Positions 1-11,808 of a stretch of 64,000 bases of DNA are shown here, in pieces. Below the pieces are notes generated by a model that worked only from the letters and a program-made list of their open reading frames with translations, ran no database searches and was not told where the DNA came from. Every line of letters starts with the position of its first letter. Positions within the stretch are counted from its first letter, which is position 1. Source of the stretch: Vicinamibacterales bacterium (GTDB taxonomy: Bacteria > Acidobacteriota > Vicinamibacteria > Vicinamibacterales > JAMQPK01); NCBI GenBank assembly GCA_963850725.1, contig CAWKMQ010000019.1, positions 7,996 to 71,995 on the forward strand, written 5' to 3'. Made by a program: the position numbers and the translations under genes.

Positions 1-564
1 AACCCCTGCTTCAGGGCCTTCATGAGCATTTCCTGCTCGATGGTCGTGAGATTCGACGTCAGCCCGAGGCGCTTGCCGACGTCGCTGCTAATCGCGCGGA
101 AGCCGTTCTGGCTGTCGGTCAGGCGGACGTTCCAGCGGTAGTTGATGCCCAGCATGATCAGCTGAGACCCTACGTAGCGGATGAACTGGCCCAGCGTGCC
201 GTGCAGTTCGTCGCTCCCGCCTTTGCCGCGTGACCCGACGACCATGTCGAACTGCCCGGCCTGAATCGGCGCCACCATCGCTGGGATGTCCTTCGGCTCG
301 TGCGATCCGTCGGCGTCGATGAACACGACGATGTCGCCGGCGGCCTCGTCGAAGCGCCAGGCGGACGGCGTCGCCTTTGCCCTTGCCGCGGTCGAGCACG
401 ACCCGCGCGCCGCTCGGACGGCGATATCGCGCGTCCGGTCGCGCGAGTGTCCATCGATCGACGAGCAATTCGTCGGCGTACGGACGGACGGAATCGATAA
501 TGGTACCGATCAGGCCTTCCTCATCCCGGGTAGGAATAACAACGCTGATTTGCGGCGTGGACAC
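1..564 (-). CDS. Glycosyltransferase family 2 (DPM1/polyprenol-phosphate glycosyltransferase-like), 3' end outside window
   Basis: ISVVIPTRDEEG, GKGKGDAVR, FIDADGSH (DxD) and DSQNGFRA motifs across frameshifted frames. Confidence 0.85.
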
Positions 565-695
565 TAGCGGTGTGCGGATCGTACGGCCCGAGTCGTCACT
601 GGAATGGGTCAATATAGGGAATTACGCCTGTGTGGTCAACTGTTTATCGGCATTTCAATTGCCGGTCACGGCCATCGCTGATAACATAGCAGTGA

Positions 696-1793
696 GTGCT
701 CAGCAAACAAATCGGTCTGGGAAAGGCGATCCTCGGAGCCAACCTGCGGTCGCCGGCCCTTCCGTACAAGGTCACGTTCGTCGCCACGTATCACTGCAAT
801 TTCCGCTGCGAGATGTGCAACATCTGGCAGAAGAAGAGCGTGAACGAGATGACGCCGGACGAGGTGGAGCAGTTCTTCAGCCGGTAGCCGCAATTCCGCT
901 GGGTGCACCTGACCGGTGGCGAGCTCTTCATGCGGCGCGACCTCGACGATGTGGTCGCGGCCATTCAGCGCAGTTGCCGCTCGCTGTATCTCCTGAATTT
1001 CCCGACGACCGGCTGGTTCGGCGACAAGACCCTTCAACTGGTCGAGCGCACGCTCGAACGCGGCGTCGGGCGGCTGATGGTGACCATCAGCATGGACGGC
1101 CCGAAGGCGCTGCACGAGGAAATGCGCGGCCTGCCGGGCAGCTGGGACAAGGCGATCGAGACGTTTCGCCGTCTCCGCGGCATCAAGCGTTCGAATTTCC
1201 AGACCGTCATCGGCATGACGCTGATGGAGAAGAACGCGACGAAGGTCGACGAGACGATCGCCGCCATTCAGAGCGTGATTCCGGATTTCACACGCAAAGA
1301 GCTGCATCTGAACATCGGGCACGAGTCGGGGCATTACTTCGCGAACCTCGGTTATGGCGGCGTCGCACCGCATCATGCGAAGGTCATCGAGGCCGTTCAG
1401 CGCCATCGCGAAATCAACGGTGCGTCTGTGCATCCGGTGCACTTTCTCGAGGATCGGTACCAGGCGCTGATTCCAAACTACTACGAGACCGGCAAGTCGC
1501 CCCTGCCGTGCAGCGCGCTGTCGTCCTCGTGCTTCATCGACGCGTACTGGAACCTCTTTGCGTGCTCGATCTGGGATGCGAAGATCGGCAACCTTCGCGA
1601 AAGCCAGTTCGACCTGCAGGCGTTGTGGAACAGCGACCGCCGCCGGCAGCTCCGCCAGGACGTCGTCGAGGAACATTGCTCGCATTGCTGGACACCCTGC
1701 GAGGCCTATCCCACCATCCTCGGCAATCTGGGCAAAGCAGCCCTTTCGGCGACACCGCTCGTGAAGAAGTCCCCCGTCACAGTCAACTCCTGA
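696..1793 (+). CDS. Radical SAM/SPASM-domain protein with in-frame TAG at 885-887
   Basis: CNFRCEMC (CxxxCxxC), LTGGE, ISMDG and C-terminal Cys cluster (CSALSSSC...ACS...CSHCWTPC); ORFs 696-887 and 903-1793 are in the same frame. Confidence 0.88.
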
Positions 1794-1806
1794 CAAGCGC
1801 GCCGGC

Positions 1807-1822
1807 TGGCGTGCGAATTGCT
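1807..1822 (+). promoter_or_regulatory. Putative sigma54 -24/-12 promoter
   Basis: TGGCGT-GCGAA-TTGCT matches TGGCAC-N5-TTGC spacing; about 80 nt upstream of AGGAGG-ATG at 1901. Confidence 0.6.
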
Positions 1823-1900
1823 GTTGTACTCAGTTGTAATCAGATGTCGGGCCGAAGTGTATCGGCGTGCGACACGTGCGGGCGTTTAGCAGGAGGACTT

Positions 1901-2780
1901 ATGAGGACAATCTTAGCGGCCACACTGGTCACGCTGTGCATCGGGGCGGGGAGCGTGGCTTCAGCGGCGGAAGTGACATTTGTGATGACCAACGGTGACC
2001 GTCATACAGGACAGTTGTTTTACGACACGGGGACAAACGTGGGCGTCGTCGCCAACGGACAGAAGCGGGCATATCCCGTCCGCGATATCGCGGTCATTCT
2101 CTATGCGGCGGGCGATCCGTCGCGGGACGAATTGCTGCAGCTCCCGACGTCGGGTAATCCACCGGAGTTGGAGCGCCACACCCTCGTGATGCGTAATGGC
2201 CGCATTCTGAAAGGGAAGGTCTATCACTGGGAGAGCGACACGGTGACGTTCGACACGACCGCCGGGCGCGCGAACTATCACGCCAATGACGTGGCCCGGC
2301 TGTACCTCAACGGTCCACCCGCGCGAAACGTGTTCAACAGCATCGTCAACCCGCCCGCGGCGAACAACAACCCGCCTGCGGCGACCTCCGGCCGCGGTCG
2401 CGGACGTGGAGGGTGGACGGGCGATCCGCAGGCCCGCGTGAGAGTCGAAGCCAATCGCGCCTGGACCGACACAGGGCTCGTCGTGAATGCCGGAGAACGC
2501 CTGGCCTTCAACGTGGTCGATGGCACCGTCACCTTCGGCGCCAACATGACCGCCGGTCCCGATGGGAACAAGGACTTTCCGCCCAACGCGAGATACCCGG
2601 TGCCCGAGATGGCGGTCGGCGGCTTGATTGCGCGTATCAGCAACGGACGGCCGTTCGCCATCGGATCGATCAGAAGTCCTATCGACATGTCCAGCCGGCG
2701 GCCGGTTGTATCTGGGCGTGAACGACGACGCACTGCAGGACAACAGCGACGGATTCAACGTCGAGATCTATCGCCGTTAG
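1901..2780 (+). CDS. Secreted protein with C-terminal LecA/PA-IL-like lectin domain
   Basis: AGGAGG RBS; signal peptide MRTILAATLVTLCIGAGSVASAA; WTDTG...GPDG...LIARI..G.PF.IG; after a frameshift near 2695, RLYLGVNDD..QDNSDGFNV. Confidence 0.7.
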
Positions 2781-2795
2781 CTTTGTCGATAGCAC

Positions 2796-2889
2796 GGTTC
2801 TGAGGTTCGAGATTCTGGAGTTCTGAGGTTCTGGGTTCTGGGTTCGGCTTCAGAGAACTCAGAACCTCAGAACCCAGAACGTCGAACCG
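2796..2889. repeat. Inverted array of 7-8 nt GTTCTG(A/G)G / C(T/C)CAGAAC units
   Basis: ggttctgaggttcgagattctggagttctgaggttctgggttctgggttc followed by gaactcagaacctcagaacccagaac. Confidence 0.8.
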
Positions 2890-2924
2890 TTCCAGCCCGC
2901 CTTCACGCGGTACAATACCGCGTC

Positions 2925-4942
2925 TTGTTGCGACGTTTGACACTCGGTGCGATGGCAGGCGGTCTCGCCTGGCTCGTACTGCATCCGCTCCTCGCGTTTC
3001 TCCCCGAACCTGCTCGCTTTCTCGTGGCCTGGGTCATCTTCACCGCAGGTCCCGGACTGGCGCTCGGTGCGCATCTCACGCGGGGCATCGACCCCTTGCA
3101 GCGCACCATCATCCAGATGGGCCTTGGAAGTGCCGCCGTTCCCGTACTCGTTGAGCTGATCAGGGCGCGTTGGGCTCATCCAGGTTTTTCCTTATCTCGC
3201 CTGTGCGCTGGGAGGTGCAGGTCTGTCAATGAGCCGAACGACGGCCAGACGCGCCGCGGACCTCGAGACACGATCTCGCCGCGTGCATCGCCATCGCGGC
3301 ACTGGCATTCGCCCTGGGCGCGATCGTCTTTGCGAATCGTCTTGTCGAGACGCCTGAAGGTTTGACGGTTTACGGCGACTACGATTCGTACGACCTGAGT
3401 CACTACGCCGCCTGGGCCTCGGACGCGACGCACACGATTCCACCGAAAGCGTCGTTCTATTCCGGTCATGGACTGCACGCGGCCTACTATCCTCAGCTCG
3501 TCCTGACGATGGTGCACCGGTTCGCAGAGGTCGGGTTCCTGCCGATGTATTTCCGGTTTGCGTGGCCCACGTTTCTGGCGCTGGGCGCGCTGACCGCCTT
3601 CGTGCTCGTTCGCCGGCTCGCGTCGGCCGGGACCGCGTTGCTCGCCGTCGTGTTGCTGCTGGTCGGCAGCGACTTTTCCTACCTCGCCGCCTGGATGCTG
3701 CCGGAACAAACGGGGCAGTGGGACTACGTCCTGTGGCCGACGAATTTCCTGGCGCCGACGATGGAGGTGCTTCACTTCAACACGTGGACGCCGTCGCTGC
3801 CGCTCTTTTTTACGGCACTCTACGCGCTCGTGCGGTGCCTGGAGGCGCCAGCCAGTGGATGGACGGTGGCGGGCGCGTTTCTGATTGCGGTGCTGTTTCA
3901 ATTCAAGCCGTTCGCGTACATCATCCTGATGGCCGGTGTGTGTGGCGCGATCGTCTTCGCTGGAAACGACTGGGCGGTCCGGCGCCGGCTCGCGTTTGTC
4001 GTCGGTTTGACCGGGTTCCTGACGATCCCCTTTGTCTACAACGTGCTGACGCTGCCGCCCGAAGATCGGCGATCGTCGCTGGTGCTCGCCTGGTTCGTGC
4101 TGCCGGAACGTATGTTGATCAAGCTGGACTTGGTGGGAGCCTTTTCCCGGTTTGCCGAAACGGCGATGCCGATCGGCGCCCTGCAACGTCCGATCTTTCT
4201 CGTCGCAGCCACGGCGATGTTCCTGGCGGTGGGACCGGGCGTGCGCTGGCTCGGCGCCCCACGCATCTGGCGGGCGCTCAGAGACGCAACGCAGCCGGAC
4301 GGCTCAGCGTGGCGATTGCTGGCGTGGGTCGTCGTCGCAGGCGTCGCGATTCCGTTCGTGCTGGCCACCGATCCGTACAACGACACGTTGCAGTTCTATC
4401 AAACCGGTCTTTACGTGTGGTGGATTTTCGCGGCCGGCGCTCTATCGGCGTTCGCGCGATCCCATCGTGCGGCCGGTGCGGCGGCGATCGCGTTGACGCT
4501 GGTGGTGTCCACGCCTTCGTCCGTTCACTACCTGGCGCGCAAGTGGACCGACAACGAGCGTCCGGCACTCGCGGCGTTGACCCGCAACGAGTTGAGCATT
4601 GCCGACTATCTGAAGACCCAGGACGCCCACTCGACCGTCATTCTTCACGACCGGCCGACAGCGCCGTCCCTGATGACCGTGGCCGCCGATCGGCGCGTGG
4701 TCCTCGGGTGGGGAAGGGGACAGTACGCGGTGGGCAGCGCCGAGCGCGCCCGGGATGTGGATCGGTTCTTCGGATCCGCCAAGCGAAATCCGGAAGAAAC
4801 GATCGACATCCTGCGCCGCTACCATGTCACGCATGTCGTGGTGCGACCGGACCGCGATCGCGTGCATCCCGACGTCCTGGCAAAGCTCACGCCTGTGATG
4901 TCGTTTCCCGATGTGACCCTTTATCGTGCGGCCCTTGAATGA
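2925..4942 (+). CDS. Large polytopic membrane protein, GT-C glycosyltransferase-like (frameshifted)
   Basis: Many hydrophobic helices, acidic loop GDYDSYD, soluble C-terminal domain ending ILRRYHVTHVVV; glycan-locus context. Confidence 0.6.
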
Positions 4943-5991
4943 GTGACACCACGACCCGCGCCGTTTTCATCACCGGCGGCTCCGGCTTCCTCGGCATCAA
5001 CCTCATACGCTACCTGCTCGACCGCGGCCATGCGATCGTGTCGTTCGACATCGCGCCGTTCGACTACCCGGAGCGGAATCGCATTCGGGCCGTCACCGGA
5101 GACATCCGCGATGCCGCCGCACTCCGCGAGGCCATGCGGGGCTGCGACATCGTCGTCCATGGTGCGGCCGCGCTTCCCTCGTACACGCCAGACGCGATCA
5201 TGTCCACCGACGTCACCGGAACGCGGAACGTGCTGCAGGCAGCGGCCGAGAACCAGAGTTCCGCGCGTCATCCACATTTCTTCGACGGCGGTCTATGGCA
5301 CGAAGGCCTCCGGCGCGGCTGAAGACAGCGCCATCGAAGTGATTGGTCCGTACGCCGAGGCGAAGGTGCTGGCAGAGCAGGAGTGCGATGCCTTTCGTGC
5401 GCGAGGCCTGTGCGTGCCTGTGCTTCGGCCCAAAACGTTTGTCGGGCCCGAGCGGCTGGGGGTCTGGTCGATTCTCTACGATTGGGCGCACTCGGGCAGC
5501 GGGTTTCCCGTGATCGGCCGCGGCCAGAACAAGTACCAACTGCTCGACGTGCAGGATCTGTGTGACGCGATCTACGCGACGATGACGGGCGAACCGCTCG
5601 CGGGTCAACACGGTCTTCAACATCGGCGCCAAAGAGTACGGCAGCATGCGCGACGACTTTCAGGCGGTGCTCGACCACGCCGGCCACGGTCGCAAAGTGC
5701 GGCCGCTGCCGGCCGGCCCGATCATCGCGGTCCTCAAGATTCTCGAGAAGCTGAAACTGTCGCCCGTCTACGAATGGGTCTACGAAACGGCTGCGGTTGA
5801 TTCGTGGGTGTCAATCGAGCGGGCCGAGCGCGTGCTGGGCTTCCAGCCCCGCTACTCGAACCGGCGAGGCGCTCATCAGGAACTACGACTGGTACGTGCG
5901 CCACCTTCAACAGTTCCAGACGACGACCGGCATCTCGCATCGCACGCCGTGGAAGCAGGGACTGATCGGGCTGGGAAAGAAGTTCTTCTAA
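4939..5991 (+). CDS. NAD-dependent epimerase/dehydratase (extended SDR)
   Basis: [23 protein letters not shown] (YxxxK); overlaps upstream stop (ATGA). Confidence 0.9.
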
Positions 5992-6010
5992 GATCGAGTG
6001 TACATAGAAC

Positions 6011-6045
6011 GAACCGGAGAGCCCGCAATGGGCCATCTCCGGTTC
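6011..6045. terminator. Hairpin between convergent genes
   Basis: GAACCGGAGA...TCTCCGGTTC inverted repeat. Confidence 0.55.
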
Positions 6046-6075
6046 GCGTCTTCAGAAGGTCGATCCGCGAAACAC

Positions 6076-7174
6076 TTAGCGGGGCGGACCAGGATAGATC
6101 TTGAAGTTGCTCCAGATTGCGTGCCCTCGAGCGTTTCGCTCCGCGGGCGGGTGCCGAGCGAGATGCGGTGATTCGGCGGCGCATACGCAGCCGCGAGAAC
6201 GATCCTTGAAGTAGATCTTCATGCCGACGACCGTCCCGTTCGGCTGCATCTCACCGACCCATCACTCGATAGCTCGCCGGCGTCCAGGTGACGACGAAAT
6301 GGAAGACGCCCGTATTGCCGCCAGTCGCATGATCCGTCAGCGGTCGATCTTCGTGTCGTGGTCCCCCGGTTCGCCGTCGCCGGCCTTGCCGTTGCGCCAG
6401 ATGAGCTTCATGCCGGTTCCGTTGCCGTCACCGCGCTGCTCGAGGTGCATCTTCCAGGGGTGATTGCGGAACGCGCCGAAGTTGCCCAACGTCGGTGCCG
6501 TCGCCCATGGCGAGCCACTTGAGGTCCTTCTGGACCTGCCGCGCCTTCCCTCTTGCCAAATGCCGTCACGTCCCACTCGACCGTGCACGCGCTGCAGGTC
6601 GGAATGTCGTAGTCGATGCCGTCCTGGTTCGAGGTGGCCTGCCAGCCGCCCGCGACGAACTGGCCGCCGATCGCGTGCCAACGGTCTGACCGGTCGTGAG
6701 CAGGTCGAGCACTTCCTGTCCCCGCTGGAAGCTGCCTTTCGCGCTGAGGAAGGATCCTGCGCGACGACCAGGGCCGATGTCCTCGTCGAGTTCCGCACGC
6801 ACCTGCCACAAATATTGCGTGTCGTACGCGAGCGGGAACGTCGGGGTCCAGCTTGTCGACGACCGCGGCCCGGAATCCTGCAGAACACCGCCGGACGCGT
6901 TGAGCAGTTGGAACCGGTACTGCGGCGAGACGCTGGCGCCCTGGGTTGACTGCGCGTCACCGGCATTCAGCGCCGGAGCCGTGAAACCTTCCAGTCGCAC
7001 GTCGTTCAGCGGCGACACCAGCGATGGCGCGGTCACCTTAAGGGTGGTGCCGTCCGAAGAGCTTGTCGTCGGGGGCGCCGGAGGAGTCGGCGTGAGCGGC
7101 TGCGACTCCGAACAGCCGAACGCGAGTACGACGAGTGAAAGGCTGCACAGCGCGAACAAGAACCTCTGATGCAT
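6076..7174 (-). CDS. Lipoprotein with Pro/Thr/Ser linker, Ig/FN3-like domain and beta-rich C-terminal domain
   Basis: Lipobox LAFGC; [13 protein letters not shown]; APSLVSP...YRFQL...YLWQVRAE; AGGAG RBS; several frameshifts. Confidence 0.7.
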
Positions 7175-7394
7175 GAACACTCCTGATGATCTGGACAAAA
7201 CAGATTGTGCTGCGGGTGCGACGCAGTGGTACACGTCGCGCTCAATAATAAACGCCAGTCGATCTTGTGTAAACCCTGAAACGCGATTCCTGTCGAGAAT
7301 TCTGACGGCGGATCATGTTACGATGGGCGCCGTCACCGCACGGTACGGTGAACACCGCATGACATCACTTCATCAACACACACTGAGGACATCG

Positions 7395-8118
7395 ATGCAC
7401 AAACTGACGACCCGCGCAGCACTGATGGCGGCATTCTGCCTCGCAGGCAGTTCAATCGCGGCAGCTCAAACGCAGGCTCCCACCAAGTTCTACGTTGACG
7501 TCAACGGCGGCGCGCAAACCCAGTCGGAATCGATCGAAATGACCAACAGCTTTCCGCTGTACGGCGAGACGGCCATCATCAATACGGCTCAGGGCGTCGA
7601 TGGCGGAGGTTTATTCGACATCAGCGCAGGGTATCGCATCAACGCGCAGTTCGGCGTCAGTCTCGGCGTCTCGATCTTCAGCGACGAAGGTGAATCGTCG
7701 GTCGCCGCGTCGATTCCAAGCCCCATTGCCATCAACAGACCGGCAAACGTCACGGCGACGGGTACCGGCCTCAAGCACAAAGAAGTCGGCACCAGCTTGC
7801 TGATCTCTTACTTCCGCCCCCTCACCGACAAGATCGAAGCCGTGCTGTCGATCGGCCCGGTGTTCTACAACGTGAGCCAGGACTTCACGACGTCATCGGT
7901 CCCGACAGGCACGCAAAGCCTGACTCTCGGCAGCACACGTGAACGGGCGCGAACCGCCGGTGTGAATATCGGCGCCAACATCAACTACTTCCTCCACCGC
8001 AACTACGGTGCGGGAGTCTTCCTCAGATACGCCGGAGCGAACGCTGATTTCGATTCGTTCGACGATCTGCAGAGTAGGCGGCGTCCAGCTCGGCATCGGC
8101 GGGCGGCTGCGCTTCTAA
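7395..8118 (+). CDS. Outer-membrane beta-barrel protein
   Basis: Signal peptide, amphipathic beta strands, C-terminal GGVQLGIGGRLRF (terminal Phe) after a frameshift. Confidence 0.8.
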
Positions 8119-8127
8119 CTGTCTTTC

Positions 8128-8159
8128 AACCCGGACCTGCTCGATGGCAGGTCCGGGTT
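8128..8159. terminator. Hairpin between convergent genes
   Basis: AACCCGGACCTGC / GCAGGTCCGGGTT perfect 13-bp stem. Confidence 0.7.
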
Positions 8160-8166
8160 CGCAAGC

Positions 8167-9372
8167 TCACCACTCCGGTTGCATTGCCGGCACGTAGCGA
8201 TTGGCTTCGACGTAGCACTCGAGATCGCCCTTATCGGAGCACTCACTCCAGCCGGCACCGTTTGAACCGCCCGGACCTGCGTCGCTAAGAATCTTGATAA
8301 TTTGCCCGTTCGGCATGCAGATCCGGCTGATCGAGAACATGTCGCCCTTCCACGTGATGATGTTCTCGCCGCCGGGCTTGATCAGCAGCCCGTACCCCTT
8401 GCCGCGCAGCAGCCACGCGACGCGTTTGGTGACATCGAACGCGTTCTCGAGCGTGCTGCGGCGATAGACCGCGTCTCGAACACAATCCACAATCGCCTTG
8501 CCAGGCGTCGATCCGCACGAATTCCAGTCACCCGTGGGACCGCCCGGTCGGATCGTCATCGCCACCGCCACCTCCAGGTGGTGGTGGCGTCGGCGGCAGC
8601 GGCACGTTGACCGAGAATGTCTTCACCGCAGACCACGGGCTCACCGCCCGGCTCTCGCCGCTATCCCTGGCCTGAACGCGCCAGTAGTAGGTCCGGCCGT
8701 TGAGGAACGAATAGTTCTGCGCGACGACCGTTTCCCCTCCGGCCTCATCCACGACGAACGTCGCGGCAATCGACGAGAACGCGGTGTTGTTGCTGACCTG
8801 CAGCATGTAGGTGATGCGCTCGGACGGTCCCGTCTTGTTGCCCGCGCGAACCCTGAACTCCGGTGTGAGCGTGGTGATCGAGCCGCTCGGCGATGACGGC
8901 CGTTGGCGCGGTCAGCGTGACCGGGGCCACGGCGGAAAAGCTCATGGGCTTTGAATACTCGCCGACGTTGGCGCCGTCTTCCGCGCGCACCCGCCACCAA
9001 TAGGTGCGGCCGGCCGGCAGCGCGTCGGGCAGCTGGAACGTCGTCACGCCGCTGCCGGGCTCGACGCGGGTTCGCGTGAACACGATGTTCTTGAACTCGG
9101 CATCCGACGCCACTTCCAGCGTGTAGAACAGCGCGCGCGCACCCGACGTGTCGGCGTTCTGGAACATCAGCCGGACCGGCTGATCGCGCGGCAGAATCTG
9201 CCAATCCTGGCCCGGCTCGAGCAGGTTGGGCTGCGAAATCGTCACCCCGGCGATCGGACCGGCCACGGATGGACTCAGCGGATTGGCGCTTTTCTCCACC
9301 TGACAACCGGCACCGACAAACGCCGAAATTGCGAGACCGACGACCCAGCCAAGACTTGTTTGTGTTCACCAT
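8167..9372 (-). CDS. Lipoprotein with two Ig/FN3-like domains, Pro/Gly linker and uncharacterized C-terminal domain
   Basis: GAGC lipobox; two TYW/YWRVxA strands; PLPPTPPPPGGGGG linker; C-domain VTKRVAWLLRGKGYGLLIKPGGEN. Confidence 0.7.
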
Positions 9373-9539
9373 GGGTTCCCTGCGTACAAAAAAATAGCCC
9401 CGGCCCATTGCTGGGCTCTTTTACGGTTTATCGGAACAATAGTGCCGGTGATTTAGGTGCGGTCTGAGCCGGGAAACTCGGACCACCGAGCTGGAGGGTA
9501 GAAGGATGGTACGGAACGAACCTGCTGCTTGTCAAGGCT

Positions 9540-10544
9540 TTAGTGTGTCGGGCCGCGCGCCGCGACGTCCCTGGCTGTCTTCCCCAGCACGAGCAGGGCG
9601 CCAGGAAAATTGCCGACAATCTGCAGTCCGACAAAGAGCACCGACAAGACGAATGCCTCGGGCGCAGGGAGTCTGTACTCTTCCGAACAACCAGACGAAT
9701 GCCGCCTGGGACGTGCCGAGGCCGTTGACCGTAATCGGCAGGAGCATGATGAGGAGGATCAACGGGACAAAGGCGAAATACACCTGCAGCGAATGCGGCA
9801 AACCCATCGCCACACCCAGGTAGTAGGCCTGGAGCACGCGCAGGACCTGGACGGCCACTGACGCCGCAAGCACGTGGATCAGCGCGCCACGGTGGTGCGC
9901 GTATCGCCGGATCGACGCCAGAATCTGTGCCGGCACGCGGCGGATCGATTCCCGCGGCAACCGCGCGAGCAGCGATTCCGCGACGGCTTCCGTCGGTTGC
10001 TGAACACGAGCAGGGCGGCCGCCGCGCACGACAGTCGCGGTCATGGCCAGGCCCACGATAATCGCGCGCTCGGATGCGAGATCGCGCGCGAGCGTCACGC
10101 TGACGAGCGCCATCAGCAGCAGCGACAGCACGCCGAGCATCCGGTCAACGAAGACCGACGCCATCGAATCGCCAATCGGGACGCCGTGCTTCGACAGCTG
10201 AATACGCCCGCACGGCATCACCGCCGACGCTGCCGGGCAGAAACGTCCCGACGAAACGTGCTGACGAAAAAGATGTCGGAGCATCGACGCCGAACGATGG
10301 CATCTGCTCGCGCTCGAGCGGACGGAGGAGGACGAACCATCGATACGCCATCAGCGCGCGATCGACCAGCACCAGGCCGAGCGACGACGAGGAGCGGCCC
10401 TGCGCTGATGCGGGTGAACGCCTGGCAGTACCGATCCGGGATTGGCGCGCGCAAAGAAGTAACAGACGAGCGCGGCCGCAAACGCCAGCCGCAGGAGCGC
10501 GGGCCCGCGTGATGGTGCACGGGGAACGGAGTTCCCGAGTTCAC
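9540..10544 (-). CDS. Lysylphosphatidylglycerol synthase TM / flippase-like (UPF0104) membrane protein
   Basis: FLPGSVGGDAVRAY, SVFVDRMLG, LPITVNGLGTSQAAFV motifs. Confidence 0.8.
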
Positions 10545-11714
10545 TGGACCGGCGGAATGGTTTCGAGATGTCGCGCCGGATCGTGCTTCACGCGGTACGC
10601 CCGGCGCAGGAACTTCACGTAGGGCACGACCTGCTTCATGGCGCCGACGTTCACCTGGCAGGGGCTCAGGCACGTCGGACAGGTCTTTGTCCTTGAGCTC
10701 TTCGCGATGCGCGAGGTTGGCCACCTTGAAGTACAGCGATTCGGCGCTCTCGTCGAGCACGTTGCCGAGCTTCTCGGAGTTCTCGCAGTAGAAGAGATTG
10801 CCTTCAGGGTTGAGCAGCAGGCCCTGGCTCTGGAACGGGCAGGGCATCGTCCGGTGATAGCCGTTGGCGATCATGTCGGCGTAGTGCAGGTACATGAACG
10901 ACTGGCCGCTCAGCACCGACTCTTCCGATACGCGATCGAGGAAGAACTTGCGCATGAACTCCTTCTTCGCGCTCCCGGAACTGAATCTGCTCTTCGAGGC
11001 TCTTGTTGTTCAACATGTTCTCGGTGAAGCGCAGCATGTTGAACACGATGTCGAGCCGCCGGCTCTTCGCCCAGGCCAGCATGTTCTCGGCATCCTCGAG
11101 ATTCATCGCGAAGATCGTGGCCGCCGAGGCCGAACTGGAAGTTCGAGTGCTTCTCGGCGAGCGCCTGCATCGCCTCGATCGTCTGGCAGCGCCTTGTCGA
11201 AGCCCGCCTTCACCTGCCGCACCTGGTTGTGGATGTCGCCGATGCCGTCGAGCGACACGCGGACGCTCAGCAGCAGGTTCTTCTCGGCGCAGAATTTCAC
11301 GATGCGCGTCAGCATCGGGATGGCGCGATGCGGCGTGAGGCCCGTCGTGTTGACGCCGATCTTCCGCATGCGGGGCAACCGCCGATGGAACAGCTCCACC
11401 ATTTCCGGCAGATCGTTGCGCGTCGTCGGCTCGCCGCCCGAGATGTTCAGGTTTTCGACGGCTCCCCAGAAATCGTGCGCCATGACGCCGTCGAGCTGCT
11501 CGAGCGTCATGTCCGACTTGCGATCGCCCATCTTCCAGTTGCCGCACATTTCGCAGCGGGCGTCGCAGACGAAGGTGCAGTTATAGATGAGCACGGTCGG
11601 GCGAATGGCCTTGAACCGCGAAACGACCAACGAGTTCACCAGGTCGCGCGGAACCCCCGCGGCGGTTCTGGCGAGGTATTGGAGGCGGAAGGTATCGGTC
11701 GACACGAACGCCAA
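10541..11714 (-). CDS. Radical SAM/SPASM-domain protein
   Basis: CDARCEMC, ISGGEP, VSLDG; SPASM-like CPFQ...FYCEN...LGNV and terminal Cys cluster. Confidence 0.88.
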
Positions 11715-11808
11715 TCATGGTAACACAAGTGCTTACTGGTCCGTCAGGATGCCGACGATTCGCGGTTTGACGGATTGCCGCTGCGTTTCCTACAATCGCC
11801 ACCGTGGA

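Noticed and set aside
377-2803. 808-aa ORF and other long Arg/Ala/Pro-rich overlapping or antisense ORFs
   Set aside because: Shadow frames of GC-rich genes; only 1901 onward has an RBS and protein-like sequence
9437-9449. Sigma54 promoter for the 9372 lipoprotein (CGGCAC-TATTG-TTCC, minus strand)
   Set aside because: Lacks the conserved GC at -12
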